Shown: positions 19,293 through 28,494 of the stretch, in pieces
Layout of the letters: every line of letters begins with the position of its first letter
How positions within the stretch are numbered: position 1 is the first letter of the stretch
NCBI GenBank assembly: GCA_965199495.1
Contig: CBDASK010000003.1
Coordinates: forward strand, 2,144,001-2,208,000
Reading direction: 5' to 3'
DNA length: 64,000 bases
DNA from: Abditibacterium sp.
GTDB lineage: Bacteria; Armatimonadota; Abditibacteriia; Abditibacteriales; Abditibacteriaceae
Position numbers and translations under genes: made by a program
The notes under the pieces: model-generated
Database searches by the model: none
What the model was told of the DNA's origin: nothing
What the model saw: only the letters and a program-made list of their open reading frames with translations

Positions 19293-19742
19293 ATGTTGAA
19301 CGAACAAAAAATTAACGATAATATCAGTATCGGCGGCGCCCTGCGCGATGGCGATGCGCAGGATTTAGAAAATCGCGGCTTTAAAACCGTGGTGAATTTG
19401 ATGATGCCCGAAGAATCGAGCGACGGCGAGGAGGAACTCGTCAAAGGCGTCGGCCTGACCTACGCACCGATTCCGACTTCGCCCGCGACGCTCGACGATA
19501 TTACCGTCGCGCGCTTTTTACAGGCCATCGAAAGCTCCGAGGGGCCGGTGGCTGTTCATTGCAAAGGCGGCGGGCGCGCTGGTTTAATGACCCTCGTCGC
19601 GTTGGCCATCGAACACGGTTGGTCGCTCGATCAGACTTTTGAAGAAGGCGAGAAAATGGGCATTAAAATCGAAGCTAAGTCGCCCTATCGCAGCTTTTTT
19701 GAAAGTTACATCAAACGCCATTCGGCGGGCGAACGTTCGTAA
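19293..19742 (+). CDS. DUF442/beta-lactamase-hydrolase-like CX5R phosphatase or sulfur transferase domain protein
   Basis: GFKTVVNL...EE, PVAVHCKGGGRA. Confidence 0.82.
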   Translation: MLNEQKINDNISIGGALRDGDAQDLENRGFKTVVNLMMPEESSDGEEELVKGVGLTYAPIPTSPATLDDITVARFLQAIESSEGPVAVHCKGGGRAGLMTLVALAIEHGWSLDQTFEEGEKMGIKIEAKSPYRSFFESYIKRHSAGERS

Positions 19743-19873
19743 AGGAGCAAGGAACAAGTGGCAGGGAGCAAGAATCTCGGTGGATTAAGGTTTATCGGGG
19801 TTGCGATTCCAGGCAGTCAGCAAACCGTAGCGCGCCAAAATTCTTGTCCCTTGTTCCTTGCCACTTGTTCCCT
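19743..19873. repeat. Inverted arrays of heptamer tandem repeats (GGAGCAA/GGAACAA/GTGGCAG units)
   Basis: Left arm GGAGCAA-GGAACAA-GTGGCAG-GGAGCAA; right arm TCCCTTG-TTCCTTG-CCACTTG-TTCCCT. Confidence 0.8.
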
Positions 19874-19874
19874 A

Positions 19875-21434
19875 TCACATGACGCCGCGACTTTTCATGT
19901 TGAGATAGCGATTCACTGTCGCGACTGAAAGTTCGCGGGCCTCGACATCCAAAATACCGACACCAAAAGCGCGCAAGTTTTCCAGCGCGCTTTCGCGTTG
20001 ATTGAGCATACGCCTCGCCATCGCTTTTTCGTAAAGTTCGCCCGGCGTTTGCGGAGTTTGCGCGGCTAAATCGGTCACGTCACGATTGTTGATCGTCACA
20101 CACAAAGCGTTATGATGCCGCCGCAAAGCCGCCGACGCGTTGAGCAATTCGCGTGAGGCTTCGGGGTCTATGATGTCGGTGAACGTCACGATTAAGCTGC
20201 GACGCAAACGGCGCGTCAGCAGATATTCGTAGGCGACTTGATAATCCGGCTCGACCAGCGACGGTTGCGCGCCATACAGAGCTTCGATAATTTGGCCGGT
20301 TTGGATGCGGCCTTTGCGCGGCGGCAGATAATTGAGAACCGTATCGGAGAACAAAAGCAAGCCGACGTTGTCGCCCATCGAAGCCGAAACGTGCGCCAAT
20401 AAAACCGTGGCGTTAATCGCGCAATCGAGCTTGGAAAGCGGCGTTTCGATGACGGGCGCGGTCATGCGTGGCGCTTCTCTTCCCCAATCCTCGTCCGCTG
20501 TGGCTGCTGTTTGGGCGATGGGAATTTCGGCTTTGGAACTCGCCATCGAAGTCATCATGCGCCCGCAATCGAGACAAATCACGACGGTTTGATCGCGCTC
20601 GATTTCGTAGTTGGTCGCGATGAGTTTGCCGCTACGCGCGCTCGCTTTCCAGTTGATGGACTTGAATTCGTCGTCGCTGGTGTAATCGCGCAAACTCTCG
20701 AACTCTGTTCCGCGTCCGCGCAGTTTGAGCAAGTGCAGACCAATGTCGCGCATTTTGCCTTCGCGTAGCGCCAATTCGTAGCGGCGCACGCCAGTCGTAT
20801 CGGGATAAACGCGCGCGCCGTCGCCTTCGGTTTGACGTTTGAATTGGCGAAACCATAAACCGAGCGTTGTGCCATAACGCCCGGATAAATCGCCGAAACG
20901 GAAGTCGCCGCGCCGATTGGGCGTGAGCTTATATTGGCCGCTTTCTTCGTCTTGCGTTTCGAGTTTGAGCGTCGCGCGCGGCAATGGCGGCAAAGGCACA
21001 TTGTCCTGAAATCGCGGCAGCTCGTCCGTAGCCACGGCGAAGGAGTCGGGCACTTCGTCGCGCACGATAAGCGTGGATTTCTGGCGCGACTGGCTGCGCG
21101 CGTGCAACGTGACGACGTTGGGCACGCCCAAATTCATCTTCGGCTCGAACGTGCGCCAGACCTCGAAATCGGTGGGGCGAGGCGAAAGATAAACGTCGGC
21201 GACGGCAATCGCCAGCAAAGCCAAATCGTAGACGATAGCGAGCAAACGAAAGCCGGGCAACCATGCTGAAACCAGCCACAATACCGCGCCCAATCCGACG
21301 TAAATCGCCAGCCGGGGCGAGGGCAAAATCGAGTTCCACAGTGCGCCGAGCGCGAGAAGTAAACGTTTCAAATTTGGGCCTTGTTCTGCGCTTGCAGTTT
21401 GGGCGAGATGTGCAGTTAAAGCAACCAAAATCAC
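19875..21434 (-). CDS. DUF58 (VWA-like) protein, usual MoxR partner; start uncertain, perhaps near 21371
   Basis: P.RRGDFRFG, RVYP, G.GTEFESLRDY...D....INWKASAR, LDCGR.M, D.VGLL.F, RRSLIV.FTD. Confidence 0.9.
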   Translation of the reverse strand: MILVALTAHLAQTASAEQGPNLKRLLLALGALWNSILPSPRLAIYVGLGAVLWLVSAWLPGFRLLAIVYDLALLAIAVADVYLSPRPTDFEVWRTFEPKMNLGVPNVVTLHARSQSRQKSTLIVRDEVPDSFAVATDELPRFQDNVPLPPLPRATLKLETQDEESGQYKLTPNRRGDFRFGDLSGRYGTTLGLWFRQFKRQTEGDGARVYPDTTGVRRYELALREGKMRDIGLHLLKLRGRGTEFESLRDYTSDDEFKSINWKASARSGKLIATNYEIERDQTVVICLDCGRMMTSMASSKAEIPIAQTAATADEDWGREAPRMTAPVIETPLSKLDCAINATVLLAHVSASMGDNVGLLLFSDTVLNYLPPRKGRIQTGQIIEALYGAQPSLVEPDYQVAYEYLLTRRLRRSLIVTFTDIIDPEASRELLNASAALRRHHNALCVTINNRDVTDLAAQTPQTPGELYEKAMARRMLNQRESALENLRAFGVGILDVEARELSVATVNRYLNMKSRGVM

Positions 21435-21492
21435 GGGTTGTCAAGTCGGATCGGTTCTGATCTAATATCTTTAGAAAAAGTTTTCGCCCCTT

Positions 21493-23382
21493 ATGAACAA
21501 AGCCACTCAAATAGTCGCGCCCGCCGAAATCAGTTATGAACAGTTTTGCGGGCAGTGGATCGCCGATGTCAAAGCGGTTTTTGCGCCCGACGAAAAGCCG
21601 GCGGGAAAAGAGTTGCGCCGCGAGACCATCGCCCAACTTTTGCGCGACGGTTTGAACAACGATTTCGGCGACGAAGAATTGGTCTGGATCGAAGACGGTG
21701 CGGCGGGCATTGACGCTTATTTCTGGGACAACGACGAAGAGGACGCGCCATTGATGCGCGTTGTGCGATTTCTGCTGTCCGCCGATTTGCCAACGGATGG
21801 GCGCGCCGTGACACGCGAAATCAGTGCGCTTTGTAACCTGCTCAACGAAGCGCCCGCGAGTGGCGAATTGGAGCCGTTATTAGATTTCTGGCGCCGCCCC
21901 GAAGCGAACGCGCGTTTGGTCGTGACGTTCGTTTCGCCCAACCAATTGCCTACAAAAGAACGCGACGCTTTGCCTGATGCGGCGGCGATTCTGGCGTCGA
22001 ACGCCAATTTGGAAACCAGCGTCGAAACGATTTCGCTTCACACGATTTACACGCGCGATTACGTGGACATCAGCGTCGCCGTCCCGCTTCGCGTGCGCGG
22101 CGAGTTGGACGCGGGTTTTATTATCGGCGCGGTTTCGCTGCCCGATTTGTATGAGTTTTTGAAGGAATTTCGCGGCGCCCGCGGCGACTTAGATTCGCTT
22201 TATGATAAAAACGTGCGCGTTTTTCTGGGGCGCAACGGCAAAACTAACAAAGGCATCTCGAAAACTCTGCGCGAAGAGCCGGAAAACTTCGGGCTATTCA
22301 ACAACGGTTTGACAATCGTGGCGCGCGCGATTGAAGCGGGCGAAAACGGCGCGTTTGTGTTGACCGATCCAGCTGTTGTCAACGGTTGCCAGACGACACG
22401 CACGCTGTGGGACACGCTTTCCGAGCAGTTGCGCGCGCCGGTGGCTACTGATGTCGAACTGATCGAAAAGCATCGCGATTGGCGCGCGCGTTTGGAAAAG
22501 GGCAGCGTCGCCGTGAAGATCGTGCGCGTCGCGCCCGGCGAAGACGAAAGTCTGGACGAAGACGACGCTTTGCTGGGCAAAATCACGCGTTTCACCAACA
22601 CGCAAAACACGGTTCAGGAAAAAGATTTCATCGCGCTTGACCGCGACTTTCGGCGCTGGAAACGCGAGTTAGCGACGCGCGGCGTGTTTTTGGAAATTCT
22701 GCGCAACGAGGGCGCGCGCCAGAAAGTTCGCCAGAGCAAGCGCGGTTATCAAGGCACGCATTACGAGCAAATCGCTAAAGCGTTTGAACTGCTCAAAGTT
22801 TACGGCGCCGGTTGGATGAACGAGCCGGGCGCGGCGTGGAACAAAAACGCGGCGTTCGTGCCGCCGCGCGGCAAAATTTTCCGCGAAATTATGCGCGACG
22901 ACAACGCGATGGCGGGTGACGATTTTTTAGCCGCGTTGTATCTGCAAAATGCGGGTTTCGAGCGCTTTTTTGGTCGGCGCGGCAACGCGGTGCCCGACGC
23001 ACGCAAGCTGACCAAACATCTGTTTTATCGCACGACGGTGGAACTGACGCGCCGCGTGTTAAAGCATTTCGATTTGCCCGCCGAGCGCGGCGATTGTTCG
23101 CGGGCACTGTTAAAAATTCATAATAGCCGCGACGATTGGCGCATTTTTGTGGATTATGCAACTGATGCGATTGACGATTATATGAAGCGCGACGGCGATT
23201 ATTCGGTGCAGCAAGAGCCGATTTATAGCGGCGATTTCAACGCGTTTTTCAAGCGCGAAGATTTGGCGAAATCGCAGGGCAACTATCCGCAATTGTGGAG
23301 TTTGTGGAATTTGACTGAACGTTTGATGGTGCGCAATAACGAGGCGTTCGCCGGACGATTGGAGAAGTTGCTGCGCGATTGA
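21493..23382 (+). CDS. AIPR (abortive infection phage resistance)-family protein
   Basis: GIDAY, L...NVR.FLG....NKGI..TL...PENF...NNGLTIV, VVNGCQTT, IT..TN.QN.V...DF.ALD. Confidence 0.88.
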   Translation: MNKATQIVAPAEISYEQFCGQWIADVKAVFAPDEKPAGKELRRETIAQLLRDGLNNDFGDEELVWIEDGAAGIDAYFWDNDEEDAPLMRVVRFLLSADLPTDGRAVTREISALCNLLNEAPASGELEPLLDFWRRPEANARLVVTFVSPNQLPTKERDALPDAAAILASNANLETSVETISLHTIYTRDYVDISVAVPLRVRGELDAGFIIGAVSLPDLYEFLKEFRGARGDLDSLYDKNVRVFLGRNGKTNKGISKTLREEPENFGLFNNGLTIVARAIEAGENGAFVLTDPAVVNGCQTTRTLWDTLSEQLRAPVATDVELIEKHRDWRARLEKGSVAVKIVRVAPGEDESLDEDDALLGKITRFTNTQNTVQEKDFIALDRDFRRWKRELATRGVFLEILRNEGARQKVRQSKRGYQGTHYEQIAKAFELLKVYGAGWMNEPGAAWNKNAAFVPPRGKIFREIMRDDNAMAGDDFLAALYLQNAGFERFFGRRGNAVPDARKLTKHLFYRTTVELTRRVLKHFDLPAERGDCSRALLKIHNSRDDWRIFVDYATDAIDDYMKRDGDYSVQQEPIYSGDFNAFFKREDLAKSQGNYPQLWSLWNLTERLMVRNNEAFAGRLEKLLRD

Positions 23383-23469
23383 TTCTCGATTATAGGGCAG
23401 GGCGTGGCTGCATTGGCTTAGGAAAACAGGGGTGAACTTTGGCGTCCAAGAAGCATCTAATTTCTCGCT

Positions 23470-23913
23470 ATGAAACTTCAAAAATCCAAAGCCACGCTTC
23501 TCGTCGCGGGCGCGCTGGTATTCAGCGCGGGCGCGGCCAGCGCGCAATTAGGCTCATTAGGCTCGATTCTCAAAATCGGCGGCACCGCTTTAATCGTCAA
23601 ACAGTTCGGCGGCACGATTAATAACGTTCTCGACAAAGTGACTGGCCAGAACAAGCTCAGCGACGAAGGTATCGTCACCAAAGTCGTGCCGGTTTTGTCG
23701 GCGGGTTCGCGCGGCGCCATCGGCATCGTGCAGGTGGCTGGGCCGCGCGAACAAGTGGATCGGGTCAAAGCCGTCGCGCAATTGCAAACGCAAGTCAAGG
23801 CTTTGAGCACGTTGCAGGCGCGCATCTTAATTCCGATTGACGCCGATAATTTGACGCATATCAACCGCGTTTCGGGCGTCGGTGTCAGCGCCATTGTCGA
23901 TATTAAGTTGTAA
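23470..23913 (+). CDS. Secreted hypothetical protein
   Basis: Signal peptide (ASA-Q cleavage); TKVVPVLS.G...IG..QVAGP...V..VKAVAQL, RV.GVGVSAIVDIKL. Confidence 0.75.
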   Translation: MKLQKSKATLLVAGALVFSAGAASAQLGSLGSILKIGGTALIVKQFGGTINNVLDKVTGQNKLSDEGIVTKVVPVLSAGSRGAIGIVQVAGPREQVDRVKAVAQLQTQVKALSTLQARILIPIDADNLTHINRVSGVGVSAIVDIKL

Positions 23914-23919
23914 AATTCG

Positions 23920-24036
23920 GTTCACACAAAGATACAAAGTTCACACAAAGAATACAAAGGGTTTGAAGAGAATTATATTTTTATCTTCTTCAAACCCTTT
24001 GTATTCTTTGTGTGAACTTTGTATCTTTGTGTGAAC
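23920..24036. repeat. Long inverted repeat built from ACACAAAG/ATACAAAG units
   Basis: 50-bp perfect arms 23920-23969 and 23987-24036 between convergent genes. Confidence 0.92.
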
Positions 24037-25461
24037 TCAATGCCCGTGTTGGGTCGCTTCGTGATAACCGGGTTTATCGTGATAGAAAAACGTCACCCAA
24101 ATCGTGAACGCGGTCATAATCGCGGCGATAACTCCTACCCAGAATAAGCCAATGGTATCAACCAGCAGATAGACGTTGAGTGCCGCGATGATGGTGCAAA
24201 CCAGATAACCGATGATTTTCGTCGGCAGATTGTTGACGAATTGGCCCATGCGATTTTTGTCCGAAGTAAACATCATCAGCGGGAAAATCGCGAACGAGAG
24301 TTGCATCGAAAGCACGACCTGCGAGAGAATCAGCAATTGAACCGTATTCTTGCCGCCCGATGCCGAAATGAGAAACAGCGCGGGAATAATCGCCAGACCG
24401 CGCGTAATCATACGACGTAACCACGGCGCAATACGAATGTTGAGGAAGCCTTCCATCACGATTTGTCCGGCCAAAGTTCCGGTAATCGTCGAAGATTGGC
24501 CCGACGCTAAAAGCGCGACGGCGAACAATGTGGAAGCCAGCGATGCGCCCATCATGGGCGAGAGTAGTTTGTAGGCGTCCTGCAGTTCTTCGACATCGGC
24601 GTGCGCCGTGCCGTGAAAGACCGCGCCCGCCAGAACCAAAATCGCCGCGTTGACGAAAAACGCTGCGCCCAACGCGACAATCGTGTCCCAAGTGTTGAAC
24701 TTGATCGCCTGCCGTACGCCTGCGGGCGTTTTATCGGTGTTGCGCGTTTGCACCAGCGACGTATGCAGATAAAGGTTGTGCGGCATCACCGTCGCGCCCA
24801 GAATGCCCAGCGAAACGATGAACGCTTCTTTGTTGGGAATCGAGGGGACTAAACCAGCAGCCACGTCGCCCCACACGGGTTTGGCGAAGAAGATTTCGAC
24901 GCCAAAACAAACCGCAATTGTGGCGACGAGGGTAACAATAATCGCCTCAATTTTGCGGAAGCCAAAGTGCGTCATGCCCAAAAGCAGCAACACGTCGAAG
25001 CCGGTGATTAAAACTCCCGCCATCAACGAAATGCGTCCGCCCGACAGCAAGTTCAGCGCGACCGCCGAACCGATAACTTCGGCTAAATCGCAGGCGACAA
25101 TCGCGATCTCACATAAAATCCACAAAACAATCGCCGCTGGCTTTTTGTAATAATCGCGGCACGATTGCGCCAAATCTTTGCCGGTCACCAGGCCGAGGCG
25201 CGCGCACAAAACTTGAAGCAACATCGCCATTAAGTTGGAGGCCAAAATGACCCACAACAGCGCGTAGCCATATTTGCCGCCGCCCGCGAGGTCAGTGCCC
25301 CAGTTGCCCGGATCCATGTAGCCGACCGAAACCAAATAGCCCGGCCCGGCAAAAGCCAAAAACCGTTTGATCCAATTGCTTTTTTCAGTCGAAATGCTGC
25401 GATAGGCTTCGGGCAACGAAGGCGCCGCGTTTTCTTTTTCTTTGAATTCTTGTGTTGCCAT
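24037..25461 (-). CDS. mntH: Nramp-family divalent metal (Mn2+) transporter
   Basis: VGYMDPGNW.TD, CDLAEVIGSA, GATVMPHNLYLH, SSTITGTLAGQIVMEGF. Confidence 0.96.
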   Translation of the reverse strand: MATQEFKEKENAAPSLPEAYRSISTEKSNWIKRFLAFAGPGYLVSVGYMDPGNWGTDLAGGGKYGYALLWVILASNLMAMLLQVLCARLGLVTGKDLAQSCRDYYKKPAAIVLWILCEIAIVACDLAEVIGSAVALNLLSGGRISLMAGVLITGFDVLLLLGMTHFGFRKIEAIIVTLVATIAVCFGVEIFFAKPVWGDVAAGLVPSIPNKEAFIVSLGILGATVMPHNLYLHTSLVQTRNTDKTPAGVRQAIKFNTWDTIVALGAAFFVNAAILVLAGAVFHGTAHADVEELQDAYKLLSPMMGASLASTLFAVALLASGQSSTITGTLAGQIVMEGFLNIRIAPWLRRMITRGLAIIPALFLISASGGKNTVQLLILSQVVLSMQLSFAIFPLMMFTSDKNRMGQFVNNLPTKIIGYLVCTIIAALNVYLLVDTIGLFWVGVIAAIMTAFTIWVTFFYHDKPGYHEATQHGH

Positions 25462-25476
25462 TATTTAAATTCTCGC

Positions 25477-26049
25477 TCACGAACTGCCGAACGCGATGCC
25501 CACGCCCAGCACCAATAATCCGCCCAGAACGACTTGAACGACCGATTTCCAAAACGGCGTTTCCATGAAGTGATAACGAATCCACGCGATTAAAATCAGC
25601 TCGACGCCGACAACTCCGTAAGCCGCCAACAGCGCGACGTGCAAACTGGGAATCAAGAATGGCAACGTATGAAAGATGCCGCCGAAGAAAGTCGCCACGC
25701 CGCAAATAATGCCGCGAATCGTTCCGCTTCCGCGCCCGGTTAATTCGCCATCGTCGCTCAAACCTTCGCTCATACCCATGCTGATGCCCGCGCCAAGCGA
25801 CGTGGCTGCTCCAATCAAGAACGCCGTGTGCGGATTGCCCGTCGCATAGGCCGTCGCGAAGAGCGGCGCCAAAGTCGAAATCGAACCATCCACTAAACCA
25901 ACCAGAGCCGGTTGCACCACGCGCAACACGAATTCGCTACATTTGCCATCGGGCGCGACTTGACAATCGCGCACGCCCAATTTGTGTAACATCGAACAGC
26001 CCGCGTGGCGCGGTTCGGGCTGAATGACGGGTAATTCTTGAAGACTCAT
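25477..26049 (-). CDS. VIT1/CCC1 (MbfA C-terminal-like) metal transporter with short Cys/His-rich N-tail
   Basis: VQPALVGLVDGSISTLAPLFA, GAGISMG.SEGLSDDG.LTGRG, HTLPFL; ATG at 26049. Confidence 0.85.
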   Translation of the reverse strand: MSLQELPVIQPEPRHAGCSMLHKLGVRDCQVAPDGKCSEFVLRVVQPALVGLVDGSISTLAPLFATAYATGNPHTAFLIGAATSLGAGISMGMSEGLSDDGELTGRGSGTIRGIICGVATFFGGIFHTLPFLIPSLHVALLAAYGVVGVELILIAWIRYHFMETPFWKSVVQVVLGGLLVLGVGIAFGSS

Positions 26050-26078
26050 TTCGGTTGTTATGGACGCTCTAATTTTTG

Positions 26079-26096
26079 ATTTAGCTCCGACTAAAT
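26079..26096. promoter_or_regulatory. Putative DtxR/MntR-family operator upstream of the VIT-mntH operon
   Basis: Palindrome ATTTAG-CTCCGA-CTAAAT about 30 bp upstream of the ATG, followed by an ACCTAAA half-site. Confidence 0.55.
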
Positions 26097-26205
26097 TTCT
26101 ACCTAAAATATAAATCCAGTTTCGCGTTGGGCGTTGCGAGCGAAACTGGAAATTTCTAATACGAACGGGACAAGGTGAAAACACGGTTTTCAGCGAAAGC
26201 CCAAG

Positions 26206-26232
26206 GATTGGAAAAAGGACGTTAGTCCCGCT
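26206..26232. repeat. Solo arm of the TTCCAATC-family repeat
   Basis: GATTGGAAAAAGGACGTTAGTCCCGCT is nearly identical to the right arm at about 30344-30369. Confidence 0.7.
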
Positions 26233-26239
26233 CTTTTTA

Positions 26240-26345
26240 AATAGGAGTTACGCAGTTGAAGATTTTCACGCTTGAGCGTGGAGCGAAAAGATGCAAAAAC
26301 GGCTCACGTTCACGCTCAGATTTTTCCAACTGCGTAACTCCTATT
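26240..26345. mobile_element. MITE-like element of about 98 bp flanked by TA
   Basis: TA|GGAGTTACGCAGTTG (26244-26258) ... CAACTGCGTAACTCC|TA (26327-26341); no coding capacity. Confidence 0.65.
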
Positions 26346-26454
26346 AAAAAAGCTATTTTTCGGGTTCGCTATTGCCGATTTAAGTGAATCCGAATTGTCA
26401 AGTAAGACAACGCTCAATCGGAACTTTGGCGCCTGATTTGGCGTTGAAGAGCGC

Positions 26455-28386
26455 ATGCAATCCCTTCTAAAGACCACCGGCGTCGCGCTTCTGCTCGGCG
26501 GCGCTTTATTAATCGCTCAACCCGTTCACGCTATGCCCGAAGCCATCCAAGTCGCCGCGCCCGCCAAAAATTTGGTGCGCGCGCCCGAATTCCCCGCCGG
26601 TTTAACGTGGCTCAATACCGACAAACCGCTTTCGATCAAAGGCCTACGCGGCAAAGTCGTGCTGCTCGATTTTTGGACGTATGGCTGCATCAACTGCATT
26701 CATATTATTCCCGATTTGAAAAAGTTAGAAGCCAAATATCCCAACGAATTGGTCGTTATCGGCGTGCATTCGGCCAAGTTCGCCACCGAATCTGATGCGG
26801 GCAATTTGCGTCAGGCCGTGATGCGTTATGGTTTGGAACATCCGGTTGTTTCGGATAAAGACCTGCGCATTTGGAACGAATATGCGGTGCGCGCGTGGCC
26901 GACGCAGATTTTGATCGATCCCGATGGCCGCATCGTCGGGCAGGTCGCGGGCGAAGGCAACTACGACACGCTGGACAAGGCCATCGCGCAGACGATCCAA
27001 ACTTTTGGCAATCGCTTGGACAAAACTCCATTGAAAATCGCGCTCGAACGCTCTAAAGTCGCGCCGACTCCGCTTTATTTTCCCGGTAAAATCGCCGCGC
27101 AAAACGGAAGTCTGCTGATTTCCGATTCGAGCCACAATCGTGTCGTGTGGGCGTTGGGCGGCAAACTTGAGGCGACAATTGGTTCGGGCGAAGCCGGATT
27201 AAAAGACGGTGATTTCCAAAGCGCGCAGTTCTTCAATCCTCAAGGAATAGCGATGGACGGCGACGTTTTTTATGTGGCCGATACCAACAATCACGCGATT
27301 CGGTGCGTAAACTCAATAGACAAAACGGTGACGACCATCGCCGGGAACGGTCATCAGGCTGCTTATGGAGCGAAAGGTGGCGTCGGCACCAAAGCCGAAT
27401 TATCGTCGCCGTGGGATGTTTTGAGAATTGGCAGAACACTTTATATCGCGATGGCCGGGCCGCACCAGATTTGGCGCATGGATTTGGACACCAAAAAAGT
27501 GGACGTTTTCGCCGGTTCGGGCGCCGAAGCTCGCAAAGATGGCCCGCGTTTGCAAGCGGCGTTCGCGCAACCGTCGGGCTTGGCGAGCGATGGCAAAACT
27601 CTGTTCGTCGCCGATGCCGAAACTTCGACGATTCGCGCGATTAATCTGGCGAGCGGCGAAGTCGTAACATTAGCGGGTGGCGATTTGTTCGATTTCGGCG
27701 ACCGCGACGGACGCGGCGATGCGGCGCGTTTGCAGCACCCGCTCGGTCTGGATTATCACGATGGCGCGTTGTATTTGACCGATACGTATAACTCGAAAAT
27801 CAAGCGTTTAAATCCAGAGACGGGCGACGTGGCTACTGTTTTCGGCGGCGCGGGGCAATTGGACGAACCGGGCGGTCTGGCCTTCGATGGCGACACGCTT
27901 TATGTCGCCGACACCAACGATAGCGCGCTTAAAACCGTGGATTTAACCGCGAAAACCGCGACTCCACTAAAATTAATCGGATTGAGCGCGCCGAAGTTAG
28001 GCGCGGCGCCGGTCGAAATCGCTGTCAAAGAGGGCGCGCAAATTTTGGCACCGGGCGCGACGGTGAACTTGGTTTTCACGCCGCAAATTCCCAAAGGTTA
28101 TCATCTCAATTACGAAGCGCCGATTAAAGTCGAACTTTCGACAACCGGTTCGGGCGTCGTGCCTTCGACGATGAAAGTGCGCGGCAAAGACGTGAAATTG
28201 ACGACAACGATTCCGCTCAAAATCGCCAAATCTGGCAAAGGCACCATCGAAGTGAATGCGCTCATCGCCTATTGCAACGACGGCGACGGCGCGGTTTGCA
28301 AGGTTGATTCGGTCAAACGCTCGATTCCATTCGAGATTCGAGCGGGCGGCGCACAGGAAATTCGCGTCGCAGCTTCGTTTAAATAG
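26455..28386 (+). CDS. Secreted thioredoxin-like + NHL-repeat protein (NHLRC2/SOQ1-like architecture)
   Basis: Signal peptide; LDFWTYGCINC, GVHSAKF, AWPT; NHL repeats (YVADTNNHAIR, AQPSGL, LQHPLG); C-terminal YC...VC domain. Confidence 0.9.
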   Translation: MQSLLKTTGVALLLGGALLIAQPVHAMPEAIQVAAPAKNLVRAPEFPAGLTWLNTDKPLSIKGLRGKVVLLDFWTYGCINCIHIIPDLKKLEAKYPNELVVIGVHSAKFATESDAGNLRQAVMRYGLEHPVVSDKDLRIWNEYAVRAWPTQILIDPDGRIVGQVAGEGNYDTLDKAIAQTIQTFGNRLDKTPLKIALERSKVAPTPLYFPGKIAAQNGSLLISDSSHNRVVWALGGKLEATIGSGEAGLKDGDFQSAQFFNPQGIAMDGDVFYVADTNNHAIRCVNSIDKTVTTIAGNGHQAAYGAKGGVGTKAELSSPWDVLRIGRTLYIAMAGPHQIWRMDLDTKKVDVFAGSGAEARKDGPRLQAAFAQPSGLASDGKTLFVADAETSTIRAINLASGEVVTLAGGDLFDFGDRDGRGDAARLQHPLGLDYHDGALYLTDTYNSKIKRLNPETGDVATVFGGAGQLDEPGGLAFDGDTLYVADTNDSALKTVDLTAKTATPLKLIGLSAPKLGAAPVEIAVKEGAQILAPGATVNLVFTPQIPKGYHLNYEAPIKVELSTTGSGVVPSTMKVRGKDVKLTTTIPLKIAKSGKGTIEVNALIAYCNDGDGAVCKVDSVKRSIPFEIRAGGAQEIRVAASFK

Positions 28387-28397
28387 AATCGCGATTT

Positions 28398-28479
28398 GCG
28401 CCAACAGAACCCGGAGCGGAAGCGACGCGGCTAACGAACATAAAAGCCGCGTTGCTTCCGCTCTGGGTTCTGTTGGCGC
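28398..28479. repeat. REP-like inverted repeat (CAGAACCCGGAGCGGAAGCGACGCGGCT)
   Basis: 35-bp arms 28398-28432 and 28445-28479 with 2 mismatches, between convergent genes. Confidence 0.88.
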
Positions 28480-28494
28480 GTGAAACGCGCTTGT

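Noticed and set aside
26050..26200. yybP-ykoY manganese riboswitch upstream of VIT/mntH
   Set aside because: Conserved aptamer motifs not recognisable; a DNA palindrome fits better
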